This document shows, piece after piece, positions 19,050 to 28,719 of a stretch of 64,000 nucleotides of DNA (positions are counted from its first letter, which is position 1; each line of letters opens with the position of its first letter). The notes beneath the pieces were generated by a model. It did not search any database. It saw only the letters and a list, made by a program, of their open reading frames with translations, and was not told the origin of the DNA. The stretch covers positions 4,310 through 68,309 of the forward strand of contig CAYHEC010000017.1 in NCBI GenBank assembly GCA_964355675.1, given 5' to 3'. Source of the DNA: an uncultured Caldithrix sp. GTDB taxonomy: Bacteria; Electryoneota; AABM5-125-24; Hatepunaeales; Hatepunaeaceae. Made by a program: the position numbers and the translations under genes.

Positions 19050-20515
19050 TCGATGCTTCCACGGATTTTGACATTCAATATACGATTGAGATGACTGCGG
19101 CCAATGCCCAGCCGCTCAGCGGCGGCGGTCTGGTTGTCCACACACTCGCGGAGAACACGGAGGATGTGTTGCTGTTTGAATTGCTCAGTTGCTTGATGGA
19201 GGTCGTCAGTTTTGCCTGCTTCGACGTTCGAAGACGGTGAATTGACCGAGAGACCAGTTAACCACTGGTAGCGTGAGATGACCAGACTATCTGAAAGCAA
19301 CGCCGCCCTCTCAGTATGGAATTGAAGCTCTCTGACATTACCCGGCCAAGGGTATTTCTTCAATTCTTCAATGATCGATTCATCAGGCTGGGCGTAGTCG
19401 CGCCCGTGCCGTCTCCGGCAAGCTATGATCGCACGTTCAATATATATAGGGATGTCTTCAGGACGTTCGCATAGTGGGGGGATTTTTAGTCGCAGGCCCT
19501 TAAGACGATAGTAGAGATCGCGACGGAATCGCCCTTCTTCAACTTCTTTTTCGAGATCGCGATTGGTTGCGGCGATAATCCGACCGGAAAACTTGAGGGG
19601 ACGGTCGCCTCCGACACGTTCGTAGATGCGATCCTCAACCGCAGTAAGCAATTTCGCCTGAACCTGAAGTGGCAACTCACCGACTTCATCGAGGAAGAGC
19701 GTCCCTTTACCGACCAGCTCCAATTTGCCGGTGCGTCGCTGTTGCGCTCCGGTAAATGAACCACGCTCATGACCGAAAATCTCAGACTCGAAGAGTGTCG
19801 GGACAACAGCGGCGCAGTTCATCGCCACGAATGGTTCTCCGTCCCTGCCTGAACGATCAAGGATATGATGAGCCAGGACTTGCTTGCCTGTACCAGTCGC
19901 ACCCTCAAGCAGAATCGGCAAATCGCTTGGCGCGATGCGGTCAGCAGTGGCGATAAGATTGCGAATGGCTTGCGAATTGCCCAAAAACTCAGACTGTGGC
20001 TCTTTTGTTAATAGACGAAGCCTTCGATTTTCGTCTTTAAGACTGGCGATCTGGCAGGCTCGACGGTAAGCGGATTCGAGTTGAGCAATGCTTGCAGGCT
20101 TGACAAGGAAATCGATGGCGCCGAGCTGGATGGCAGTTACGGCGTCTTGAATTGTTGCTAAGCCTGAAATCATTACCACTGGGATTGTGATTTCAGCGGC
20201 TTGCATCTCACGAAGGAGGGTCAGCCCGTCACCATCCGGCAAACGCAGGTCGAGAAATGCCATATCGGGTGATTGGTGTTGGGCAAGCCTAAGACCTTCC
20301 TTGATGGTGTCCGTGGAAATCACCTTAGCGCCAAACGATTCCAGAAAATCGGTTTCTGTTTGACGTATTAGGGGATCGTCCTCGACCAGAAGAACCCGCT
20401 GACGGTCCAAAGATTGACTCCAATTGAAAGATTTCCAAATACTATTTGAGAAACGCTCGGTTAGCGAGTATGCAAGTGCGTGCATATAAGAATCGCGAGG
20501 CAAGAGACTACCCAC
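19046..20515 (-). CDS. Sigma-54-dependent response regulator (NtrC family)
   Basis: REC domain (VLLVEDDP), AAA+ Walker A GATGTGKQ, GAFTGA-like ESEIFGHERGSFTGA, C-terminal HTH; 4-bp overlap with the kinase. Confidence 0.85.
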   Translation of the reverse strand: MGSLLPRDSYMHALAYSLTERFSNSIWKSFNWSQSLDRQRVLLVEDDPLIRQTETDFLESFGAKVISTDTIKEGLRLAQHQSPDMAFLDLRLPDGDGLTLLREMQAAEITIPVVMISGLATIQDAVTAIQLGAIDFLVKPASIAQLESAYRRACQIASLKDENRRLRLLTKEPQSEFLGNSQAIRNLIATADRIAPSDLPILLEGATGTGKQVLAHHILDRSGRDGEPFVAMNCAAVVPTLFESEIFGHERGSFTGAQQRRTGKLELVGKGTLFLDEVGELPLQVQAKLLTAVEDRIYERVGGDRPLKFSGRIIAATNRDLEKEVEEGRFRRDLYYRLKGLRLKIPPLCERPEDIPIYIERAIIACRRRHGRDYAQPDESIIEELKKYPWPGNVRELQFHTERAALLSDSLVISRYQWLTGLSVNSPSSNVEAGKTDDLHQATEQFKQQHILRVLRECVDNQTAAAERLGIGRSHLNRILNVKIRGSIE

Positions 20516-20649
20516 GAATGTAATTTATAAACTTGAAGAGTGGGAAGCAAATCCAATACGCAAATTGTTCAAGGTATGATGAGGAGATTGTCCTTGCCAT
20601 TGTCAATTCACTTTCAGCGGAACAAAAGTAATTACAAAAACAGAGAAGC

Positions 20650-20681
20650 TGTCAACCCTCTGTGGTTGACAGCTTCTCTGC
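20650..20681. terminator. GTCAACC-family terminator hairpin downstream of gcvPB
   Basis: agctgtcaaccctctgtggttgacagct. Confidence 0.6.
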
Positions 20682-20696
20682 GAAGCAATTATCGCA

Positions 20697-20727
20697 CTTG
20701 AGGGCGGGTTAAAACCACGCCCTCCAT
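20697..20727. repeat. Palindromic element family A (variant copy)
   Basis: cttgagggcgggttaaaaccacgccctccatg. Confidence 0.6.
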
Positions 20728-20733
20728 GAGTTT

Positions 20734-22119
20734 TTAGGATTTATAGCAGATGTCGAGCGTCCGTGCCGCGGCCGCTTCATTGAAACGCGAAACTGGCGTT
20801 GTGATCGGAGCTTCGTGGAGCATTTCAGGATTCTCACGAGATTCACGATCAATCTGTAGCATGACGTCACAAAACGAGTCGAGTGTCTCAATCGTTTCTG
20901 TCTCGGTTGGTTCGATCATCAGTGCTTCATGTATAATATGGGGAAAGTTGATCGTAGGAGCATGAAATCCAAAGTCGAGAAGCCTTTTGGCGATATCGAC
21001 AGCTTTAATGCCACGTTCGACCTGATTGTCAGCCGAAAATACGACTTCGTGCGTACAGAATTGGTCGAATGGAAGTCGATACGCGCCCTTGAGCCGAGCC
21101 AGCAGGTAGTTGGCGTTGAGTATCGCCGTTTCTGTCATGTTCTTAAGACCATCTGATCCAAGAGATTTCATGTATGCCAAAGCCCGAATGAACATCCCAT
21201 AATTGCCGTACCAGCCATGCATCCTTCCTACCGAGTTGGGTCGATTGTAATCCCAGTCTAATGATCCGTCTGGCAATTCTTTGATACGGGGCACGGGCAG
21301 GAACTGTTCGAGATCACTGCGAACGGCGACAGGGCCAGAACCGGGACCGCCACCGCCGTGAGGCGTGGAAAATGTTTTGTGAAGGTTGATATGAAGGATG
21401 TCGAATCCCATTTCGCCAGGCTTGGCAAGACCGACAAGGCTGTTAAGGTTTGCGCCATCCATATAGAGCAGAGCCCCAGCGTCATGGACTGCTTTGGCCA
21501 CAAGGTCGATCTCATCTTCGAAGACGCCTGCGGTATTGGGATTGGTAACCATTAGGGCGGCGACGTCAGGTCCCAGCGCTTCTTTCAAGGTTTCGACATT
21601 AATTCTGCCACGGCTGTTCGAGGGAATCGAAACGACTTCATAACCTGCCATAGCAATCGATGCCGGGTTTGTTCCGTGCGCTGAGTCCGGGATGATAACT
21701 TTAGTACGCAGGTCATTGCGTGACTTGTGATAGTTTCGGACAATAAAAATACCGGTCAACTCACCATGCGATCCAGCCGCTGGTTGGAGCGTAACGGCTC
21801 CGAGCCCCGAAATTTCCATCAGCCAATATTCCAGCTCCTTCATGAGCCTCAAGGCTCCCTGAACCGTTGATACGGGTTGGGATGGATGAAGTCCGGCAAG
21901 TCCGGGGAGCGAAGCGAGGTTTTCGTTGACTTTCGGATTGTACTTCATCGTGCACGAGCCGAGAGGATAAAAACCTTTATCGACGTGGTGATTTAGTACC
22001 GATAGGTTTATGAAATGCCGAATGACCTCCGGTTCGGCAACCTGAGGAAGCGGTAGATCATTGCGAAGAAGATCGGGCGAAGGTCCGGGGATGTCGTCCG
22101 GGACATCTGAGACAGGCAT
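20734..22119 (-). CDS. gcvPB: Glycine dehydrogenase (decarboxylating) subunit 2
   Basis: FYPLGSCTMKYNP and PLP-region motifs; the ORF-track N-terminal extension to 22305 reads through a family A repeat and is rejected; start taken at MPVSDVPDD. Confidence 0.8.
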   Translation of the reverse strand: MPVSDVPDDIPGPSPDLLRNDLPLPQVAEPEVIRHFINLSVLNHHVDKGFYPLGSCTMKYNPKVNENLASLPGLAGLHPSQPVSTVQGALRLMKELEYWLMEISGLGAVTLQPAAGSHGELTGIFIVRNYHKSRNDLRTKVIIPDSAHGTNPASIAMAGYEVVSIPSNSRGRINVETLKEALGPDVAALMVTNPNTAGVFEDEIDLVAKAVHDAGALLYMDGANLNSLVGLAKPGEMGFDILHINLHKTFSTPHGGGGPGSGPVAVRSDLEQFLPVPRIKELPDGSLDWDYNRPNSVGRMHGWYGNYGMFIRALAYMKSLGSDGLKNMTETAILNANYLLARLKGAYRLPFDQFCTHEVVFSADNQVERGIKAVDIAKRLLDFGFHAPTINFPHIIHEALMIEPTETETIETLDSFCDVMLQIDRESRENPEMLHEAPITTPVSRFNEAAAARTLDICYKS

Positions 22120-22209
22120 ATAGCCGCAACGAATCGAGGGGCGACTTAGTTCAAAAATCAAAGGCGGTAGCGCCAAGAGAGACTCCAAAGAATATGTTAA
22201 TTGCTGGTG

Positions 22210-22240
22210 CTTGGAGGGCGGGATTAATCCCGCCCTCCAG
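22210..22240. repeat. Palindromic element family A
   Basis: cttggagggcgggattaatcccgccctccag. Confidence 0.8.
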
Positions 22241-22301
22241 AACGATATAATAGATTGGGTGATTATGGGATTGAACACTAAATAGTGCCCGATGAAAACT
22301 C

Positions 22302-22367
22302 TCAAAGAGCCCAGGCAGACGCCCTCGTCTGCCTATTTACGGTACTTAATCTAACGGCGGACAAGGG
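22302..22367. repeat. Double-hairpin element family B
   Basis: caggcagacgccctcgtctgcct ... ggcggacaagggcgtccgc. Confidence 0.7.
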
Positions 22368-22403
22368 CGTCCGCATGTACTTGGAAGGACTCTTCAGCAG
22401 ACC

Positions 22404-23354
22404 TTACTTCTCTCCGACCATCATGATCGAAAGTGCGAACGAATGGAGTATGTTTTCCGGGTTCTCACTCCGACTGGTAAGAATGATTGGAAATGGAGCT
22501 CCCACGACCACCGAGGCGGATTGTGCGCCGCAAAGAGTAATCAGCGATTTGAACAGCAGGTTGCCCACTTGAATCGAATCCATCACCAATACATCTGCTA
22601 CACCGGCGACAGCGCTATTCATTTTCTTCTTTTTGACGGCCGCCGGTGAAAGGCTCAGATCAAGTGATAACGGACCATCGACCGAGACTCCTTTGGGGAA
22701 CTGCCCTCGTTCGCTCATCTTGGCGATAACGGCTTCTTCCAGTGATACCGGCATACCGGGCGTTACAGTCTCGACTGCGGCAAGAAGAGATATTTTGGGT
22801 TCAGTCACACCAAGGAATTTCACAAATTCGGTAGCGTTCTGGATAAGTTTCAATCGTCCCGGCAGGTCGAGATCAACAGAAAGAGCGCAGTCGGTCAGAA
22901 GTACCAGTCGGTCAATTCCCTTAAGTTGTGTTACGACGATATTTGTCCAAAGTTCGCCAGAATCTCGCAGGCTGAGGTCACGCTCAAAAAGTGTGGCAAA
23001 AAAATCTCTTGCCAGCAATCTTCCACGCATCAGAACATCTGCCTCGTGATTCATTACCATCTTAGCCGCCAGACGCGTCGCGTCACGAGGGTCGCGTTCT
23101 TCGATAATGTCCCATCCGACAACAGATTCACCAGCTATTTCCAACTCATATCGCATGTGTCGAGAACGACCGATGAGTATTGGCGAAACCAGTCCCATCG
23201 CCTTGGCAAGAGCCAACCCTTTTATTGAAAGGACATCCTCCCCGACGGCAAGTGCAACTTTGTATGGTCCACACCGATTGGCGAGTCTATGGGCATTTTC
23301 ACGAATATCGTCGAATGATCTCTGAGGTTTATCAACTTTGTATTTGAAACGCAT
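22404..23354 (-). CDS. Phosphate acetyl/butyryl-transferase family protein (paralog 1)
   Basis: DGPLSLDLSLSPAAVKKKK...VAGVADVLVMDSIQVGNLLFK, typical PTA_PTB C-terminal motifs. Confidence 0.7.
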   Translation of the reverse strand: MRFKYKVDKPQRSFDDIRENAHRLANRCGPYKVALAVGEDVLSIKGLALAKAMGLVSPILIGRSRHMRYELEIAGESVVGWDIIEERDPRDATRLAAKMVMNHEADVLMRGRLLARDFFATLFERDLSLRDSGELWTNIVVTQLKGIDRLVLLTDCALSVDLDLPGRLKLIQNATEFVKFLGVTEPKISLLAAVETVTPGMPVSLEEAVIAKMSERGQFPKGVSVDGPLSLDLSLSPAAVKKKKMNSAVAGVADVLVMDSIQVGNLLFKSLITLCGAQSASVVVGAPFPIILTSRSENPENILHSFALSIMMVGEK

Positions 23355-23357
23355 GAC

Positions 23358-24308
23358 TTACCGCTCCTTCAGGAAATGCGCAAGAACGACAGCCAGTGCG
23401 ATTGAAGCGAGCTTGTTGAAAGCGTTATCGGCACGCGAAACGAGGCTGATTGGCGCTCCGGCTCCGACGATAACTCCCGCAAATGATGCACCACCGAAAA
23501 GAACCAACGATTTTGCCATCACGTTGGCTTCTTCGATGGATCCGGCAACGACTATGTCAGCCTGCCCTGCCACTTCGCTCTTCAACTTCTGGTACTCGAC
23601 TGCTTCAGGCCGAATGGCAGTATCGAAACCCATCGGGCCGTCGATGTGACAGTGTTTGATCTGACCTCGCTGAGCCATTTTTGAAAGAGCCGCCGCCTCG
23701 AACGTGTCCTTGAACGCTTCGACGATATAATCGATGGTGCTGAGGACTGCTACGCGGGGTACTTCTACGCCAAGCGCCCTAAGGACGAGCACGCTGTTGC
23801 GGATCATCTCGATCTTTTGCTCGAAATTGGGTTTTATAACCATTCCGCCATCGGTTACCCCTAACAATTTTGGATATCGTTCCGGTGAGAGTATTGCAGT
23901 ATGCGAGAGAAGACCTCGCCGACGAAGTCCGTATTGCTGTTTAAGGACGCACTTCAATAATTTGCCGGTAGGAAGAATTCCTTTCATTATAATATGTGCT
24001 TCTCCTGCTCCGACAGCTTGAGCTGTCAGATCGGCAGATTCGTCGTCGCTTTCGGTACCAACGACTCGAAAGTCAGCAGGGTTTCCGCCATGAGCTTCGA
24101 TGAGCGAGTTTATCTTGTTGGCGTCTCCGAAAAGAACACCCATGGCAATCCCTTCGGCTTGAGATCTGACGACTGCTTCTACGGCGGCATCGTCATGCGC
24201 CGCCGCAACGGCAACTTTGTGAGGCTCTCCTTCGCTCGAAATTTCCCGCGCCCTTCTGATGATATCCTCCATACTGGTGAGGAGCGGAATTTTTGGTCTT
24301 TGGGTCAT
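23358..24308 (-). CDS. Phosphate acetyl/butyryl-transferase family protein (paralog 2)
   Basis: IDGPMGFDTAIRPEAV...VAGQADIVVAGSIEEANVMAK; start probably at internal MTQRPK rather than the ORF-track start at 24362. Confidence 0.7.
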   Translation of the reverse strand: MTQRPKIPLLTSMEDIIRRAREISSEGEPHKVAVAAAHDDAAVEAVVRSQAEGIAMGVLFGDANKINSLIEAHGGNPADFRVVGTESDDESADLTAQAVGAGEAHIIMKGILPTGKLLKCVLKQQYGLRRRGLLSHTAILSPERYPKLLGVTDGGMVIKPNFEQKIEMIRNSVLVLRALGVEVPRVAVLSTIDYIVEAFKDTFEAAALSKMAQRGQIKHCHIDGPMGFDTAIRPEAVEYQKLKSEVAGQADIVVAGSIEEANVMAKSLVLFGGASFAGVIVGAGAPISLVSRADNAFNKLASIALAVVLAHFLKER

Positions 24309-24470
24309 ATTTGGTTGAATAATTTGATGAAAGCATATCCGCACATGTGCGAAATTACACAAATATAACGAGAATTAGTGAACATTGACAATCCTCGAGT
24401 GACAAGAGCGCGGCAGTCGGTAAAGATTCTCGTTTTGAGCCGAGACGTAGAACAAAGAAAAGAGAGTTGT

Positions 24471-24545
24471 GTAGTAGTGCCGATTTAAATCGGCGCTACC
24501 GGGAAAGAAATCAGATAGTAGGGTGGATTTAAATCCGCCCTACTA
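24471..24545. repeat. Two related ATTTAAAT-core palindromes followed by a T-run (family A variants)
   Basis: gtagtagtgccgatttaaatcggcgctac and tagtagggtggatttaaatccgccctacta, then aaattttttt. Confidence 0.6.
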
Positions 24546-24712
24546 TCAACAAATTTTTTTCACTATACCACAACTCCGCAGTGAACTCATGCGTTTGTTC
24601 CTAACAGATCGTCAGACGCTTGTAATTGATGATTGCAGGGATTATTTTCTAAAATGATTCAATACGGACTCCTAACATTCATTAAGGCAGACTTGACAGG
24701 GCTAATAATTTT

Positions 24713-27100
24713 ATGAACACGAAAAGGGCTACTGCGGGGATTTTTCTTCTTAGCGCATCTCTGCTGACTTTCGAATTGACTCTGATTAGAGTTTATTCAG
24801 CTACACTATTTTACCACTTTGCCTTCATGGCGATCTCGGTTGCAATGCTTGGCCTTTCAGCCGCGGCGCTGACCGTACATCGGCTTCCGCACAAGTTCCG
24901 TGCCGAAGACCTCCCGCGTTGGGGTTCGTTCTGGAGCGCCTGCTACGCAGTCTCTTTGATCGTGATACTCGAGATCACTTTCAGGATACCTGTCAATGCT
25001 TACCTGCCACCTGATGCGATTGCTGACAAGCTGGCGATCATCTACATACTGAGTGCGATACCGTTCTACTTTGCGGGATTGGTTTTCAGTGGATTATTTG
25101 CCGCCTTCACCAGTTATATTGGGAAACTTTATGCTTGGGATCTTATTGGCGCCGGTCTGGGTGCGGTGTTGATCATTCCTTTACTCAACTGGTCCGGGGG
25201 GGAGTCTGGCCCTTTTATCATTTCGGCGGCTGGTTTCGGTGCGGCGGCGATTTTTGGCTTGAGGAAACGCCAAAATCTCTTTATTGGACTTACCGTCGCG
25301 GCACTGATCTTAGCCTTAACCAATCATTCCTTCAACTGGCTGATGGTTAAATATAGCAAGGGGGCGCGGCTTGACCAGTTAGATATCAGGTACAACCGTT
25401 GGAACTCGATTTCTCGTATAATGGCGATTCCTTTCAGACCGGGTACTGACGCCGCCTACACCTGGTGTCCTTCGCCCAATTACCCGCTTCCGATCATGCC
25501 TCATTTAAGTTTATTGATCGATGATGGCGCCGCGACGCCGGTTTTGCCATTCGATGGCAGGAATCTCGAGCCGATCAATTACCTGAAGAACGACTTGACG
25601 TCGCTGTCACATCGATTGCATGGCAACGGCACTACTATGGTAATTGGCTGTGGAGGCGGGCGGGATGTTCTTACCGGACTTCTCTTTAATGCAGAAAGAG
25701 TCGATGCGGTCGATATAAATCCGTTGATGTTCGATGCAATGAATGGAAAACTTGCCGATTTCAATGGACATCTCTACACTCATCCCAAAGTGAGAGGCAT
25801 CGTGTCGGAGGGGCGTGCATTTGCGCGAAGAAATCCCGGCAAGTATGATTTACTGCAAGTTGCGATGATCGATACCTGGGCGGCAACGACAGCGGGTGCA
25901 TACAGCCTTTCAGAAAACAGTCTTTATACAGTTGAGGCTTTCGAGAATTACATCCGGGCATTGAAGCCCGGAGGAATATTCAGTTTTACCAGATTCTATT
26001 TTGAGCCTCCACAACAGGCATTGAGGCTCATCTCTCTTTATCTTGAAGCCGCCAAACGGATGGGGATTTCGGAACCGGACAAGTGTATTCTGGTTGCCTA
26101 TTATGAAAGCCTCGCCACAATTATCTTTAAAGCCGAGCCTTTTACCGCGCAGGAAATAGCAAAATTTAAGGGCGATGTTGCTGATCTCGGCTTCTACATC
26201 GTTTACACTCCAACCGATAGAGTAAACTCGTATTTTCGATCATTGATCGAATCGACAAACCGAGACGCATTTTACGCCCAGTATCCGTTTGACCTCCGAC
26301 CAAATACCGATGAGCGTCCATTCTTTTTCAATATGTTGAAAATGAAGGACTTCTTGCGTGTCTTTGAGATTCAGGAAGGGCAGAAATTTAATTTCTATGC
26401 GACTTATACCTTACTTGTGTTGCTTGGACTTTCTATCGTTGCGGTCGTTGTCGTACTGATTCTGCCGCAAATGTTCTGGGGAGAGAAGTTACTTCGCTTC
26501 CCAGGCCGCAAGGCTTTACTGCTATACTTTGTTGGATTGGGATTAGCGTATATTATGATTGAGACCGCGCTTTTGCAGAGATTTGTACTGCTCTTAGAGA
26601 ACCCGACCGTTTCTGCCAGTGCGGTGGTTGCCGGAATGTTGATCTCGAGTGGATTAGGGAGCTGGTTTTATGGGAGTCTTGCCGAAGAAGCGAAGCCGAC
26701 CTGGTTGCGGAGAGCGTTTGTCGTAATTGGGATCGGGCTGATGTTCCATATAATATTGGGTTATCAAATAATTCACTTGATGTTTGGACTACCTTTGCCG
26801 GTAAAAATCATCGCAACCGCTTTGCTTCTTTTGCCGCTTGGTTTCGCAATGGGAATGCCCCTTCCTGCCGGTTTGACTGCCGCCGGACTCAGGAGCGAGG
26901 GAACCGTTGCATGGTGTTGGGCCATCAACGGTGCGGCAAGCGTTGTCGCGTCGCCTTTGGCAGTGACTCTGGCGATGGCGAAGGGATTTAATTCGGTATT
27001 GGTTGTCTCATTATTGATCTATGCGAGTTCGTATGGATTTTTATTCATCTGGAAGCGCGGTGAATCATCAGGACTGGAAGCTATGGGAAAGGATTGTTGA
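24713..27100 (+). CDS. Polytopic membrane protein fused to a spermidine/spermine synthase-like methyltransferase-fold domain
   Basis: About 7 N-terminal TM helices, central VIGCGGGRD...DLLQVAMID aminopropyltransferase-like core, about 6 C-terminal TM helices; 795 aa. Confidence 0.65.
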   Translation: MNTKRATAGIFLLSASLLTFELTLIRVYSATLFYHFAFMAISVAMLGLSAAALTVHRLPHKFRAEDLPRWGSFWSACYAVSLIVILEITFRIPVNAYLPPDAIADKLAIIYILSAIPFYFAGLVFSGLFAAFTSYIGKLYAWDLIGAGLGAVLIIPLLNWSGGESGPFIISAAGFGAAAIFGLRKRQNLFIGLTVAALILALTNHSFNWLMVKYSKGARLDQLDIRYNRWNSISRIMAIPFRPGTDAAYTWCPSPNYPLPIMPHLSLLIDDGAATPVLPFDGRNLEPINYLKNDLTSLSHRLHGNGTTMVIGCGGGRDVLTGLLFNAERVDAVDINPLMFDAMNGKLADFNGHLYTHPKVRGIVSEGRAFARRNPGKYDLLQVAMIDTWAATTAGAYSLSENSLYTVEAFENYIRALKPGGIFSFTRFYFEPPQQALRLISLYLEAAKRMGISEPDKCILVAYYESLATIIFKAEPFTAQEIAKFKGDVADLGFYIVYTPTDRVNSYFRSLIESTNRDAFYAQYPFDLRPNTDERPFFFNMLKMKDFLRVFEIQEGQKFNFYATYTLLVLLGLSIVAVVVVLILPQMFWGEKLLRFPGRKALLLYFVGLGLAYIMIETALLQRFVLLLENPTVSASAVVAGMLISSGLGSWFYGSLAEEAKPTWLRRAFVVIGIGLMFHIILGYQIIHLMFGLPLPVKIIATALLLLPLGFAMGMPLPAGLTAAGLRSEGTVAWCWAINGAASVVASPLAVTLAMAKGFNSVLVVSLLIYASSYGFLFIWKRGESSGLEAMGKDC

Positions 27101-27249
27101 TCAGATGCAAAAAGCGTGTAGCACGCACAGCTTTGCTGGGCGGGTTCAGTCATTAATAATCAATACTATCCGCACGGATGAGCTCAGCGGACTCACGCTA
27201 CTATTCCAATCACAGCGGTATTTGAACGCCCGCTCGGAAAGGTAATATA

Positions 27250-28719
27250 ATGCTTCGAACATTGCGCAGTAAGATATTGACATCTTTAGCGCTTGCCTCT
27301 GTTGTCTCAATCGTCATTTCGACTCTCAGCATAAACTATCTCTTCATTCGTCAGGAAAAAAAATATATCGAACAACGTTTGAAGTTGGTCGCCGAGATGG
27401 CACATGCGACCTTACGCCACCAAATGATCCATTATCATCAGGGAGAACTTGGTGATATTATTAATCGAATTGCCGATCAACCTCCCATTGTCAGCATCAA
27501 AATCATGAATGCTGACGGAATAATCAAAATATCCAGCCTACCGGCAGAGAATAATGAGCCGTTTACAGAAAGCAAATTCCTAATACCGGACAGCATTTTA
27601 TCTCATTATAATCGAATTTTAAACGGACAGCGGGTTATTTCTTCGATTTCACCGATCTACCGCACACCCGACTGTGCATCATGCCATGCCGGACAAGAAA
27701 AGATCTTGGGCTATTTCGACGTCGATGTTACCGCAGAGGAAATCGATAGTGGCATAAGGAACGCTCAGACCTGGATGGTGGTATCTCTGATCTTCATAGT
27801 CATTATATTCTTGGGGACGGCATTCGGTGTTCACTTTCGATTTGTAAAGACCCGAACTCATCAGCTTGCGGTTGGGATTTCTCAGCTTGCCGAAGGGAAT
27901 TTCAACTATCGCATTGAATCAAACCAGCACGATGAGCTTGACGCTCTTGCTGTTCAAATTAACCGCCTCGGCGACCACCTGAACCAAATGAAACAAGAGC
28001 TTCAAAAATCGCACCGCTCAGAGCTTGAGAGAGCTGAGCGTATGGCTTCAGTGGGAGAACTTGCGGCATCGATAGCCCATGAAATCCGTAATCCTGTAGC
28101 AGGTATCTCGAGCGCCATGCAAGTTCTTTCTTCCGAACTTCCGGAAGGTGATGAACGGGCGGTGATTTTCGATGAAATTGTTAATCAAACTCAACGAGTC
28201 AATCGTGCCGTGAACGATCTGCTCAGTTACGCAAGACCATCGACGCCAGAATTGGCGGTTGGATCGATAAATGATCCGTTGACAAGAGCCCTGACATTGA
28301 TGGAGGCTCAGCAACATGCGGTAAAAGTTGTATTTATCAAGCAAATAGAACCGAATTTGCCTCCGGTGTTGTTGGATGTTGAGCAAATTAAACAGGTGTT
28401 TGTCAATCTTGTTATGAACGCTTTGCAGGCGATGAACCACGGCGGAACACTCACGCTTAAGACCTTTTCTGAAAATGAGGAAGTCATTGTTGAAATATCT
28501 GATACAGGACCGGGTGTAGCAGAAAATGTTCTTCAAGACATATTTAAGCCTTTCTTTACCACCAAGCATCAGGGGACAGGCCTGGGGCTTTCCATCTGTC
28601 GTTCGATTATCGAGAGTCACTGCGGAAGAATTGAAGTCGATTCTGTTCGCGGTTCGGGAGCAACTTTTCGCATTAGATTACCCATTCACCGTTTAGAGGA
28701 GGCAAACGAACCAATTTGA
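27250..28719 (+). CDS. Sensor histidine kinase with periplasmic CxxCH (c-type heme) motif and HAMP domain
   Basis: TM1, periplasmic domain containing DCASCHAG, TM2, HAMP, H-box SIAHEIRNP, HATPase GTGLGLSICR. Confidence 0.8.
   Translation: MLRTLRSKILTSLALASVVSIVISTLSINYLFIRQEKKYIEQRLKLVAEMAHATLRHQMIHYHQGELGDIINRIADQPPIVSIKIMNADGIIKISSLPAENNEPFTESKFLIPDSILSHYNRILNGQRVISSISPIYRTPDCASCHAGQEKILGYFDVDVTAEEIDSGIRNAQTWMVVSLIFIVIIFLGTAFGVHFRFVKTRTHQLAVGISQLAEGNFNYRIESNQHDELDALAVQINRLGDHLNQMKQELQKSHRSELERAERMASVGELAASIAHEIRNPVAGISSAMQVLSSELPEGDERAVIFDEIVNQTQRVNRAVNDLLSYARPSTPELAVGSINDPLTRALTLMEAQQHAVKVVFIKQIEPNLPPVLLDVEQIKQVFVNLVMNALQAMNHGGTLTLKTFSENEEVIVEISDTGPGVAENVLQDIFKPFFTTKHQGTGLGLSICRSIIESHCGRIEVDSVRGSGATFRIRLPIHRLEEANEPI

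Noticed and set aside
22120-22305. N-terminal 62-aa extension of gcvPB in the ORF track
   Set aside because: It reads through a family A repeat. Conserved GcvPB N-terminal similarity begins at MPVSDVPDD.
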